From Sphagnum compactum (Eukaryota): DNA of 64,000 nucleotides. The DNA lies in the NCBI GenBank assembly GCA_965153455.1, contig OZ234494.1:1736001-1800000 (forward strand), written 5' to 3'. Position numbers and translations under genes: made by a program. Position 1 is the first letter of the stretch. The number at the start of each line of letters is the position of its first letter. Shown in pieces: positions 1 to 12,321 of this stretch. A model generated the notes under the pieces. The model was given only the letters and a program-made list of their open reading frames with translations. It was not told the DNA's origin and ran no database searches.

Positions 1-1075
1 GGTTGGGTGCATTTTAAACCTAATCAATTATGCAAAATTAATCATGGAAAATTGACTATTGGAGTTGAAGATCAATTGCCGAATGTTCAACTGTGTGGTA
101 TAAATGTTTATTATTGACTATTCATAAAGATGCTGCTGATTTGTGCCAAAGATGTGACATATGTCAATGATTAGAACCTATGTGGTGAAGTGGCAAAGGA
201 CCATTCAAATAGTTATGGCATTTGAACCTTTTATGAAGTGGGGTTTAGATTTTATGGGACCTATCAACCCATAGCTAAAAATATTGGTAACCAATGTATC
301 ATTGTAGCCACTGACTACATTACTAAGTGGGTAGAGGCTAAGGCTCTTAGGGATAACATAGCAAAGAGCACAACCAAATTCATTTATGAAAACATTATAA
401 TTAGGTTTAAATGTCCCACCCACTTTGTTAATGATCAAGGAAGTCATTTCATTAATAAAACCATTGAAATACTGGTGGAGGAATTTATGATTGTACATCA
501 CAAGTCAACCACCTACAATCTGTAAGGAAATGGACAAGCTGAATCAACTAATAAAACCTTTGGAAATATTTTGGCTAAATTAGTTAATGTTAATTGTACC
601 AACTAGGACACTATGCTTTTCACAACACTATGGGCATGTCAAACAACAGATAAAATTACTACACAATCTACGCCATTTGAATTGGTTTATGACACTAAAC
701 CCATTATGCCAGCAAAATTTGTGGTCCCCACCAAAAGAATTAGGGATATACCAATAGAAGATCTTGATCAACCCATCCATGTAAGAATGGAAAATCTAGT
801 CCGATTGGATGAAGAACGGTGGCATGCCGTTGAAAACATTAATCATATACAATTACTCATGAAGGAAAATTGGGATGACAAAGGGAAATTCAAAAGTATA
901 TGTGAGGATGATTTAGTTTTGTGGATGCCTAAAACAACTAAAATCAAGGGAGGTAAATTTAAGTTACCTTGGAAGGGTCCCTATAAAGTACATATTTTTT
1001 TAATAATAATACTATTGAATTAACTACTTTAGGTGATGATGAGGTAGAAAGAGTAAATATCAACAAATGAAAATA
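1..1075 (+). mobile_element. Decayed Ty3/Gypsy LTR-retrotransposon integrase (end of pol), with stops and frameshifts
   Basis: Fragments read CQRCDICQ (Zn-binding), GLDFMGPI, IIVATDYITKWVEAKAL, CPTHFVNDQGSHF, GNGQAESTNKT (DDE triad), TPFELVY and WKGPYKV (GPY/F motif). Confidence 0.93.
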
Positions 1076-1865
1076 ATAGTATTCCAAGAGTGTAGTGGCT
1101 AACATTATGGCAGCCAATGTCTATGTTGAAAGATATCCTAGTAAGTACCACTAGAACAAATCTCCAACTGTTGGACCTATAAATTCATCTAGGATTGTGC
1201 GCAAACCTAGAAAACTTCCATAAACAGATTCCATACCTAAAATCATAAATGATGAATATTTTTGGGTAGAGGAAGAGAAGTCAAAAAATAATGAGGGAAA
1301 AATAAGAAATAATAGTTACAAAGCCAAACTTAAAAAAGAAAAGTTATTATACCGAACTAACTATACCCTGAGAGAAAGAAGCTATAAAGAAAATTGTTAC
1401 AACCACATAAGCTAAACCTCATAAAGAAAAACAAAAAGGTTATTACTAGGATGTTGAAGACACCATTAAATGAACTATGACCGATATGGCCTTTGCAAAA
1501 TTTATTGAGTCCTAAGGAGTTAATAGAGTTGAAAAAAATCAAGCATTGTTATTACTTGTGGAAAAAGTGTTCTGGAAGAGATAATGAGCTTGTGAATGAG
1601 TGGTGTGAGGATTTATTGCACACCTTCACCACTAAGATATGCACTCACAATAAAAGACCCGGTTGGAAATGGAACTACTATGTAGTGTAGTCTAACAAGT
1701 AAGGTGGTTCGAAGTAAGTAATGAAATTCACTAAAAAAAATCTAATGCGTTGTGTCCAAATCTCATGAGTTTTTGTTTTATTTTATGTCTTTGACCAAAG
1801 TTAAGCCCCGAAACTAAAAACCATTTGCTTTCATTGAGGAAAACAAAACAAACATCTCAACCTCT

Positions 1866-2234
1866 TCTACTTCCAACACCTGCAACTCCTCATAGCAAAA
1901 CCGATGATGTTGAATTTTTGGGAGGAGCTTTTAAACCTTTCAAACTAAAACTGATTTAATTTTGACACAAATCCAACGGTGGATTCGAGAGAAACAATTA
2001 ACTAAACCAAAAGTCCAGAGGCTTCACTACGATTCTTTCATGAACCCCTCTTCAACACCCTCTACTTCCAACACCTGCAACTCCCTCACAGCAAAACCGA
2101 TGATGTTGAATTTTTGGGAGGAGCTTCTACACCTTCCAAACTAAAACTGATTTAATTTTGACACAAATCCAACGGTGGATTTGAGAGAAACAATTAACTA
2201 AACCAAAAGTCCAGAGGCTTCATTACGATTCTTT
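1866..2234 (+). repeat. Near-identical direct repeat, two ~170-bp copies with 195-bp period, downstream of pol
   Basis: tctacttccaacacctgcaactcc...ccagaggcttca(c/t)tacgattcttt starts at ~1866 and at 2061. Confidence 0.9.
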
Positions 2235-3120
2235 GCTACACACAACTACATTCCATGCTTCATTTTTTCATAACCTTTTCATGAACACTTCCACACACAA
2301 GAACTAACAACCTCTCTCACACTTCATTCTCCTCTTTCTTCTCTTTTTTTCCATACACACCATGCCTTCTCCTTTTGCAAGCCTCCATGACCTTCCTTGA
2401 GCTTCTTTCCCTTGTCCAATCAAGCTTTGAAATCCTTTTGCACCAATCAATGGCCTCCTCATCCTTCAAGGGCCAATGAAAATTTGAGAATGAATGGCCA
2501 TCCAATTGAAATTAGGATGAGAATCCATGGGCCCAATGAAACTTAAGAGATATTCCATCCTCCAATCAAAGAGGATGACAATCCTCATGGGATTGGAGGA
2601 TCCAAGCTCCCCCTTATCTTGGATATCTTGATGAGGTCTCTTGAGTTTGATCCTTATCTTTTCCGTCCGTTGACCCTCACATCCTACTTCTTCATCCTAA
2701 TTACTTCAAGTAACTAACTACTAGGATAAATTATCGGTAGTAACAAGGAAGAGTCCTTGAGTTCTTACTTGACTAATTCAATGGTTGAAGTAACATTTCC
2801 GTGTAACATTTACTCCTTGATATTCCCTACCTATTTACTTTACTATGCACTAATTAACTATGTAGTACATAGTAAATTGGAATTACAATTTGCATCACAA
2901 AAGAAAAACTCTCACATACTTCTAGATCCACCGTTGAATTTAGGGTTTGATGAATCCCTTAGATATAGGGTGTTCGAGTTTTGATGAAGTTCTGCCGTCA
3001 TTCCCACACCTTACGCCTACCCTAATTTGTTAAATAAAAAGGCCTCGACCCTTTTTGAACGCAAGTACCACCTTGTTCGTACTACCTTTTTGGTTTTTGT
3101 TGATGTAGGCGCAACTAGTC

Positions 3121-3534
3121 ATGGCGGACGATGATTCTATGCCTTCAAATCCTCCGGTCGCACCTGTACAAGAAGAAGAGCTTGAAGAAACACCGCTCGA
3201 CTTGGATGTTTCTCAACGGCCGCGCGAAGAAGAACCGCCCAGGAGAGTGGTGCGCACTCGAGTTGCTCGTTCGGTATGGAATCGTCGACTGTCTCCTAAC
3301 CCACATGCTTCAGCCATTTATCTAGAGTTTGTTCCTGCTCGTGGAGCCGCGCCAGAAAGGTTTGAAGAGTGCCAGTGCGAAGATGATGATGTCCGTCTCC
3401 ATTGTCGAACGTGGGTTCCCGGTGACGGCCATTATCGTTGGCTACGAGGCTCGATCAACCCACTTCCCCTGGAGCATCGAGCCGAGTACCTCGCTCGCAC
3501 CATCCGTCGCATCTTAGAATTTTTACAACTGTGA
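3121..3534 (+). CDS. Intact 137-aa ORF of unknown function lying among retroelement remnants; possible accessory ORF
   Basis: ATG in a good context (gtcATGGcg), preceded by a T-rich tract and tag acceptor at ~3086-3108. No stops. GC- and CpG-rich compared with the flanks. Acidic/Pro-rich N-terminus; C-terminal part is Arg/Cys/His/Trp-containing. Confidence 0.5.
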   Translation: MADDDSMPSNPPVAPVQEEELEETPLDLDVSQRPREEEPPRRVVRTRVARSVWNRRLSPNPHASAIYLEFVPARGAAPERFEECQCEDDDVRLHCRTWVPGDGHYRWLRGSINPLPLEHRAEYLARTIRRILEFLQL

Positions 3535-4181
3535 TCTATCCTTTTAGTCAGTTATTCAGTTGTAATTCACTTGAGGCTACTCAGGCGGAATTGTTGCTAC
3601 TTACGTTTGATTTTGATTCTATTTCAAAGTCTGATAGAAGTGAAACTAAATAAAGATGTATTAGGACTACATCCTAAAAATCCTACAAGTACATCATTAG
3701 TGCTTGAAGATCATTCTACAGACTAACTCAACCTTGTCATGCGAAATATTGTTAATTATGGGCTTGTATTCCCTATATATCAATAAATCACATCTAATTC
3801 TACATCCCCTTCCCCTTCTCTACAAACTAAAAAGGATAATGTACTTTTAAAGGTTTACTAGGTCCTAAACTAATTAAGTGTTACATCCACTGAAATAAAG
3901 AATTACTCTATGCCTAGAAATATCACAAAAACTAATTTAACTTTTAATAATCACTACTTGAAGGTTTATAAGCATTCAAATCATTAGTACTAAGGAAATT
4001 TAAGGAACTAAAGCTTAACTAATTGTTGAGCTATAATCCATGGCTCACAAGTGGAATGCCCGAGCTAGGGAAATGTCTACACAAAAAAATCGAAACAAAA
4101 TTAAAAGCTTCATACAACCATATACGACTTGGTTCAAACCCATTACATGTGAGTTCAGTGGTAAAGAAGTATCTGAAGAAT

Positions 4182-5300
4182 ATGCCAAAGGATGAGTTGT
4201 ATCTAGTTTTACAAGATCAAATAGGCAAAGAGTTCTTTATGAGCAAGGAAATATTGTAGAAGATAGTGGAGAGAAGTTAGGCAATAATGGAGATAGTAGC
4301 TCTGAAGCAACAATATTTGTAAAGGCCAAAGTAAAGGAACATTCAACTCTTGCTTTAAAGAGAAAAAAAGAAGGAATAAGTAACACTACAAAGAAGTTGA
4401 TTTACCACCAAAAGACTTTCAAGAGATCTTCAAGCAGGAGCACGAAGAAGAAATTCCTAGGCGTGATGGGACACAATTGCAAATTTGGGAATACCTCAGA
4501 AGAAAACAACATAAGAGGTTGGTTTTTAATATTCCAAGGAAGCAACATTGTCTTGAAATTGTAGTATTACAATTAGGCTTCGATTATATCTTTGTAGGGA
4601 TATACAAAGAATTGCCAAAACCACCTTACCGGTGCTACATTGTTGTTTTCTGGGAGTTGAGAGTTCAATTTGTATAAAGAGCAAGTTCTTAAGGTTGAAG
4701 AGATGAAACATGAAGGTGAAGCTGATGTTGGCACTTTGTTAAATATTAAGTGACAAAGGATTAAATAGGTAAACAAGCTGCTGACTGTGGTTGATTTAAG
4801 GAAGGTTACTTTCCTAGGATGTATTCATGTTAATATTTGGGCCTTAGACACTCAGGAAGGAGCATGGGCTAAGAAGGTGGGTTTTGCATTGTTGAAAAAA
4901 CTCAACTGGATTCACATCAATGAACCTTTGGCGAAAAAGTTGATATGTAGTTTCAAGGACGATAAATTGACATAGGCAAGGAGGGCATAATGAAGGTATT
5001 CAAATTACCTTGCGAAGGATTGATGGTAGGAGCACATGAGGGGTACAATGGTGTTGCTACCACCTATTTTGCAAGTACACAACAAGATCACTATGTTCTC
5101 AAATTAGGGTATTTGATTGCCCAAGCAAATGAAAAGGCAAAAGTCAAAAAATTAGAAGCATTGACGGAGATCCTAACGTTTTGTTAATGCAACAAGTTCG
5201 CCCCTGGTTCTTTAGTTTCTATGATGTTAGTTGTCAAGAAGGAACCATTGAATTGGGCAACATGGTTTTCTTAGAAGTTATAAAATGAATTGGTAGCAAT
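4182..5300 (+). pseudogene. Degenerate TE-associated accessory ORF
   Basis: Broken reading frames LNWIHINEPLAKKLICSF, KVFKLPCEG, LEALTEILTF and NWATWF resemble the unannotated extra ORFs of plant LTR elements; same strand as pol. The assignment is inferred. Confidence 0.4.
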
Positions 5301-5329
5301 CTTTTTGGAATAATTCTAATAGACTACCT

Positions 5330-6060
5330 TTGCTTCTCCATCATTTGGTTTTGTTGGAATTCATTGCAAGATTTGTGAAACATATGAAATTTGCAAATTT
5401 TGGAAGCATTGGATTGGTCGACGATGACTAGAGGCTCCCCTCAAGTGAACTGAATTTATTTGAACTTGCTTCCTTTTCTTGCACACTAAAAAACTTTGAT
5501 AGGTTGCGAGCTTGCAATTGCAATATATTCATGCAGTTTTCAGGTCTCAAAAACATCTTTAAAATTTTGGTCAATAAATGTGGTTGCCACAATTTTCATT
5601 TGAACCTTTACGATCCGGAAAATACATTGCACAGCTTCATTGGGGCCAACATTCTAAGTAGTGTGAGATTGAATGAGTGACAAAGTTTGCACGAATTTTG
5701 TTACTGTTTGTACACTCTTGTTGCTTTTCACAATTTTCTAACATGTAATTGCATCCTCACCATGATGGAGAACAAATTATTTAAACCTTTCAAAAAAAGA
5801 AGTTCATTTTCTCTAGGTGATTCTGAGACCAACATCTAAATATCTAATTTTTCTTACTGCAAGGGAGAGCACTCAAGGTGAACTTATGTTTAAGATGATT
5901 TGTTTCATTGCAAGATTCAAGTCATGTTGTAATGGGCAAAAATATGGAAATATCAGTCCCAGGACAATGTTTGGGTATCATATTACTCACTGCAGTCATT
6001 GCTTGAATCTTTATGTTTTTGGAAGATTTGGAAAACAATCTAAAATGCCATTTATCAAGT
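5330..6060 (-). mobile_element. hAT transposase remnant (catalytic/insertion region)
   Basis: Minus-strand fragments CPLQHDLNLAMK (cf. CxxH-LNL) and VATTFIDQNFK (cf. ATxLDPRFK). Confidence 0.5.
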
Positions 6061-6289
6061 ATAGAAGTTTTTGTGAGTAGGAAAAGTTGGCAGATGGTCT
6101 CTTTGACAGACTCCTAAGAAACACCATCTCATCAGGGCATCACGTTTACTACATGGACAACTGGGTGTTGTAGATTATCTGGTTTCCTGTAACTGGACTA
6201 ACTGGCTCAAAACCTGAAACCGCCTAACACTATTGTAAACCAGTAATTGTAAGGGATTGGTTCAAAACCTGAAACCATCTAATGCTAGT

Positions 6290-6620
6290 TTGCTATTCCT
6301 CTTGGTCCACTGTTGGTGGCCCCCTTGGTTAGAACCTCTCATGCTTCTCCTAGTGCACTCTTACTGGTCTTCCCAGTTCAAGCCTTTTGCAAGTCCGCTT
6401 GCATTGAGCCTCTTTGCACGCTCCTCTTGGTTCGAGCCTCTTGCACTCCTCCTAGTGCACTCTTGCAGGTCCTCTTGGTTTGAACTTCTCTTGTTGATTC
6501 TCTTGGTTTGAAGTTTGAAGCCCAAGCTGCTCCTCCTGGTTCCCCTCTTGCTATTCCTCTTGGTTAGAACCTCAAGTGGTCTTCCTGGTGCACTCTTGTT
6601 GGTCCTCTTAGCATGGTCCC
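6290..6620. repeat. Degenerate pyrimidine-rich minisatellite (ctcttggtt / gtgcactctt units); second patch at ~7180-7365
   Basis: Recurrent ctcttggtt, tgcactcttg and gaacctc units. Confidence 0.7.
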
Positions 6621-9459
6621 TGACATTATTTGAATTGCAAATATTTTTTAAAAAATGGTACTCATTTTTATGAAGGAAACCATTATTCCAATAGACCTTC
6701 ATTGAATCACAATCAAATAAAATAAATAATGAAATATTTTTAAAATTTTGAACATTAAATGTCACAAATCTATATAAAACTCATAATTGAACTTATAATT
6801 TTCAGTGTTGTCAATCGTTTGTTCAGATTTCTTCCTCAAAATTGATGATGTGGATGAATACCTAACTAAATGAATGATTTAAGGTGTCATTGGAAACAAA
6901 ACATTACAAGGTATGAACTTTTAATTGTCCAAAAATTGTTTGATTTTAGAAAGTCATTTTAATTGTCCCAAAATTGTTTTAAGTTTTTGTAACCTTCTCC
7001 TTTCACTAGGTTCTCTATAATCTAAGGTAATTTTTAATACATTTTTTCTTAAAAAGAATAAACTTAAAATTCTCAAATGTGATGGTAAAAGAATGATGTA
7101 AATGGGACAGATTTTTTTGTGTTAAAATTTGGACTCTTTTCATGGCAAAGGTGAGCCACGATAGCTTGCAATTACCCTAGTCTTCTTGGTTCAAACTTCA
7201 AACCTCAAGTTGTTACTCTCGGTTTGCTCTTGTTGGTCCTTGTGGTTCGAACCTCAAGTGCTCCTTGTGGTGCACTCTTGTTGGTCCTATTTGGTTTGAA
7301 CCTTTTGTTGGTCCTATTTGGTTTGAACCTTTTGTTGTTCCTCTTGGTTCCGTCTTGTTGGTCCTATTATTCATGAAACTTTCTTTCCTTACTTCCTCAC
7401 CCTCTCCCCTCTTTTTATCTTAGTTACTCAATAAAATTATGCAAACTTGTTACAATGTGCTTTCGTGCAAGCATTCTAACCCTTGCACATTGCCTAGCCT
7501 CTTGTTGAGCTTGTGTTGTGACCCAAAATTAACACCCATGCACCTTAACTCTTGTGCATTATAATCTACTTGGATGTTTTGATGCAAGCGATCTCCAACG
7601 TTTGCAACATTTTTGTTATAGATCAAATTGCAACAAATTCACCTCTTGCATGTCTTGTAGTTACGTGTAGAATTGTTTTTTTTTTTTCAAAACCAAATAA
7701 TATATTGCTTTGCTAGTCTTGTTTTCCTCCATTTCCTTTTGCTTCAATTTGTTTTAATTCCTTTGCAATTGCCTTGTCCATGATTTTTTTCCATAATATA
7801 TTCAACAAAAGTCATGACATGTGATTGCAAGTAGTCATTTATTGATTTTTTGCCCTTGGTGTGTTTTACAAGTAAATGGGGGCAATGACAAAAGGTTACA
7901 CAAATTCATGGACTCCTACATTAGATTCGGATATTTATGTTCTTCTTACAATTGAGTGAAACAAGATCATCTATATTTACTACAAGGTCCAAGCATGATA
8001 AAGTATGCTAAAAAAGTAGTCCTTAAAAAAAATTAATTTAAAAAAAACCTCTTTTGAACATTCACATTCAAAAAGATAATTAAAAACCTATTTAAATTGC
8101 ATTTTGAAATCATAGAGCACTTCATTGAATTTATTATAAGTTGTACATAAAGTTTGAAGAATTTTTGTATAAGAAAGATGGTAGAAAAGTATGTTCTAAT
8201 TTGGTTGGTTGTTCAAATTTTCCAAATACTTTTACATTAAAACTTTAATAGATTATGACTAGAATATGAAAAGTTGAAACTATATCCATACACATTAGGC
8301 CATCATCAACTTGAAAGTATAATAATTATAATTGATGTTTTATTTTCATGTACTTGTAAGTCAATTTTGCAAAACGGTGACATGTATTTTTTGTACTTGC
8401 ATTTCAAAAAAAAAAACTTAAATGTATATTAAAACATGTGTTTATTCAATATTATGAAATGAAGTCAAAAAAACTTATAATTGTTGATCATTGACTTAAA
8501 CAACATTCATGGATTCAATACATTAAAGTATATTTTATGGATACTTTCCCAAAAAACAGCAAGTGTTTCCATGTTTATGCCCTACATTGATTTCCGTTGG
8601 CTTATCATCTATTATTGTAAGGTTATGAAGCATATCTACATAATAATGTTGTTCAATTTCTAATCTAATATTAGGAAGATCATTTAATGATGTGTGATGA
8701 ACTAATATGGATATATGGAGGAAGACTATATCAATAGAATTGCTTCACCTTGTTGTTATTGATTAGGTTGTTCATCTAATGTGTAATCCTTTTCACCTCT
8801 TTCATTGTTTGGTGTTGTTATGTATATGTTTGAAAGTTGAACCCTATTGTCCATTGCCTTGGGGTTATAAGGCCATATACATGTTACATCGAATCCAAGG
8901 GTGAAAGCCCACTAAGCCCCCCAACAATTGAAATTAGAAGTATAATTTTCCTACAATTAATTTTTTTGGTAACGTGTGAACTTCATATCTTGGATTTTTT
9001 TACTTGTTTAAAGTATATTTGGCTAGCTTTAGACTTAATCTAATCAATTATTTTGAAAATTCCAACAAACATTGAAGAATTTAAACATATGGAATATATT
9101 TGTGACCAAATAAAACCTGTCACAAAGTTTGAAATTTTGAATATATATTTCAAAACTAAGGTTCACTTCATCCACAAGAATAGTTCAAAAAGGAGATGAA
9201 ACCTATGGACATTGGAGCAAAACCAACCATATGTTTTAAATAGTGGAAATTGGTCAATAAACTTTACAAATGTAAAACATAAGATCCTGAATAAACATTT
9301 GTTGTGCTTCATCTATTTTTTTAAAATGGTTTGTGGACCCAAAGTAAGTCGTGATAACAAAATTAAAGGGCCTTGTCCTTTTTTTCCCTTGTTTGCCACA
9401 CATGATCTTTATCATTACCCATTGTTGCCTTTTTTACAAGTTGTGATTTTCTTTAAGCA

Positions 9460-9880
9460 AACAACCCGGCATGAATAGAATCAACATGAGTATTCATGGG
9501 ACTAATCCCATTAATCTTATTATACTTAATCAAACCCTTCCTCAAAACAAAACTTTGGGACAAAAAATTACTTGCTACTTTATCTAATATGCATACAATA
9601 CATCACAACATTTGCAAATTTTCGAGATCTGCATGTAAATCATCATTCACAACAAAAAGACCAACAAACGGAGTTTCAATGGTGGGGGTTCCAAAATACA
9701 GCTTGAATTCCTATAACTACAAGCTCTAATACCTCATTCTCTAATGAAATTGTAGTTTTGAAGTGCACACTCTCCAAATCTGAAAATGAAATGTTGGGGA
9801 CCACATCTTCACATAAATATGGTTCATCAACCCCACCAACACTTTCGACAATGGCATAATTGTATTCTGTAACCATAGTG
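9460..9880 (-). mobile_element. hAT transposase N-terminal remnant with a BED-finger-like region
   Basis: Minus strand reads SVCWSF...CIVC...RKGLIKYNKINGISPMNTHVDSIH (CxxC...HxxxxH), similar to KGMISYNQQDGTT at ~38755 in the larger hAT remnant. Confidence 0.55.
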
Positions 9881-10987
9881 CGCAGGAACTATACACATTA
9901 CACACAACTAACAGATTGAATTCCAAAACTTTGGAAATCGATTTGCAACAAAATTCAAAAACACAAAAATAGACAACATTGAAAAGAGATTTTACATACT
10001 ATTTATTTATCATGAAAAGGGCCACCACTTGAACTTTGTAATGATGTTGTTCACTTGTGGCCTTTGAAATCAGGGTTTTGAATTCCAATGTTTCCAATTT
10101 CAAGCTCCAATGAAGCTGTTCGTTTAAACGTAACCGCTTAAACAAATGCTTAAGCAAACATTCATTCAAACACAAACACCCAAACAAATGTTCAAACAAA
10201 CATTCATTTAAACACATATGCCCACACATTTGCTTAAATAGATGCTCATTTAGACATCGACACCTACACATATGCTCAAACAATTATTCATTCTAACATA
10301 AACCCTCACTCAAACACATATGCTCATTTAGACACAAATGCCCAAATAAATGTTAAGAAATACATTCATTTGTTGAAACAAACACTCTTTTGCTCATATA
10401 GACTTTTGTTCAAACTTTTGTTTATTTATTCAAACTTTCATTTAAACTCAAAACTCAAACCTTCAAATCTTCAAACACTCCAACTTTAAAGTTCAAACTG
10501 TAGATGTTAAGAGCTCAAATGCTCAAGCTTGAAATTTCAAATAGTTAAGACTTAGAGCTCAAACCTCAGATATTGTAAAATGTTTACGTGATATTCATGG
10601 CACCACTTCCACAAAGCTTTAATGTAATAAAATAGAGAACAACAATTTACGAGATATTCCTGATGCCACTTCTACAAAACTCCAATGTAACAAAAAGCAG
10701 AAGCAATAGAAAACAGAAAATGGTACAAGGGCCAAGGTTTAAACACTATTACATATCATGGCTTTTCAAAAGGTTCAACTTAACTAAAATGTCCACATTA
10801 ACTAAAAGGATGTCCACTTTGATTAAAGGCATGGGGAATGAAAGACATGTGATTCTTTTGGTTGGTTTTTTTATTAAAGTGACCATTTTGACCAAATGTT
10901 AAGTAATACCTTTAGTCAAAAGGGTTAAATTTTTAAAATGGTCCATCAAGATGCTCATGGTTTAATCAAATTGACCATATGAATTTA

Positions 10988-11260
10988 GTTACCTAGCTTA
11001 CTTGTTATGGCTATTAGGCTACCTACCTACCTACTTACCTATTTTATATCTACTTATGTCCTACCTACCTTCCTACTTACTTACCTTATATTTACCATCT
11101 ACCTACCTACATCCTATCTACCTACTATCTATCTACCAACCTACTATCTACCTACATACCTACTTATATTTTACATATGTAGGTATGTACATCTAAAAAC
11201 ATAGGTAGGCAGGCATGTGTACCTACCTATCTACCTAGTTATGTACTTATTTACATACTT
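10988..11260. repeat. (TACC/CTAC)n low-complexity repeat
   Basis: Runs of ctacctacctac; these explain the spurious LPTYL ORFs. Confidence 0.9.
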
Positions 11261-11565
11261 ATGAAAAAAATTGAAGTCAAATTTTCTTATACACATTGAC
11301 AAAAAATTTCATTGAAGGTCAAAGAAACATTTTAAAATCCATTTGTATTAATCATATTGTTTTACAAAGTGGTGTGGTGGTTTAATGGCCAAAACATTGG
11401 TGTGCAACCAAGGAAACCAAGGTTTAATCCCCCTTACTAACATATATTATGTGGAATATATATATTTGTATATATATCTTGTACATGTGTATAAATGTAT
11501 AGTATTTAAGTGGGTTGTGGACAAGACCAAGATAGGTAGGAGGCCATGGTGGGTGGATGGGTATG

Positions 11566-12321
11566 GGGTGAAAGCACACTATGATGATCGTTTTTGGGGT
11601 CTCACATTGTACTACTTTCCAAAGGTGCGCATGTTTAAATGTATCCCACATCAAATTTTGAAAGAATTTCACAATATTTTTGTATATTATGTTAAAATAT
11701 AATACATGCAGGATTTTTAAAAAACTATTTTATTTCATTTTATAAAATGGAAGATTGGAATATATTTGTGGAAACGAATATACTTATGTATTCAAAAACA
11801 CAAATATATTCCAAATAAAATAAAATAAATTTGAACCATGCGAAACATGTTTGGATACCATGTGATTAATTTGAAAATCTTCAATTTGAAAAATGAGTTT
11901 TTCTAGCAAAAATGTGATAAATGTGTGGTAAAATTCAAAATTTGACAAAACAATCACATTCACATGGAAGATGACAAACATAGCTAGATGAACCATTTTT
12001 AAAATTCCATTAAAATTGATTATTATATTGATTAATGAAACCTTAAAATTAGTGCAATCAAAATGAGATAATGGCCCTAGTATACTAATGTATATTATAA
12101 ATATACTCATAGATCTTTCAATATAGATAATGAAATTGACTATTATTTTAAAAAATTATTACATAACATAAATTTCTTAAAAATAATAATTGTCCGACTT
12201 AAAAACCAAAATTGATATCCAAAATTAAATGTACCATACTTTTGAAACAATTATATTATATGTACTATAATATGAGACCCAAAAGTGCTCCAAATGGGGT
12301 CACCATAGTGTGCTTTCACCC
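11566..12321. mobile_element. MITE-like element (~756 bp) with terminal inverted repeats
   Basis: gggtgaaagcacactatg (11566-11583) is the exact reverse complement of catagtgtgctttcaccc (12304-12321); the match extends imperfectly to ttttggggtctca/tgagacccaaaa. The interior is AT-rich. Confidence 0.7.

Noticed and set aside
9999-10400. Cys/His-rich ORF (CLNEHLFKQM repeats)
   Set aside because: Translation of a degenerate aaacaca/ctcattta minisatellite.
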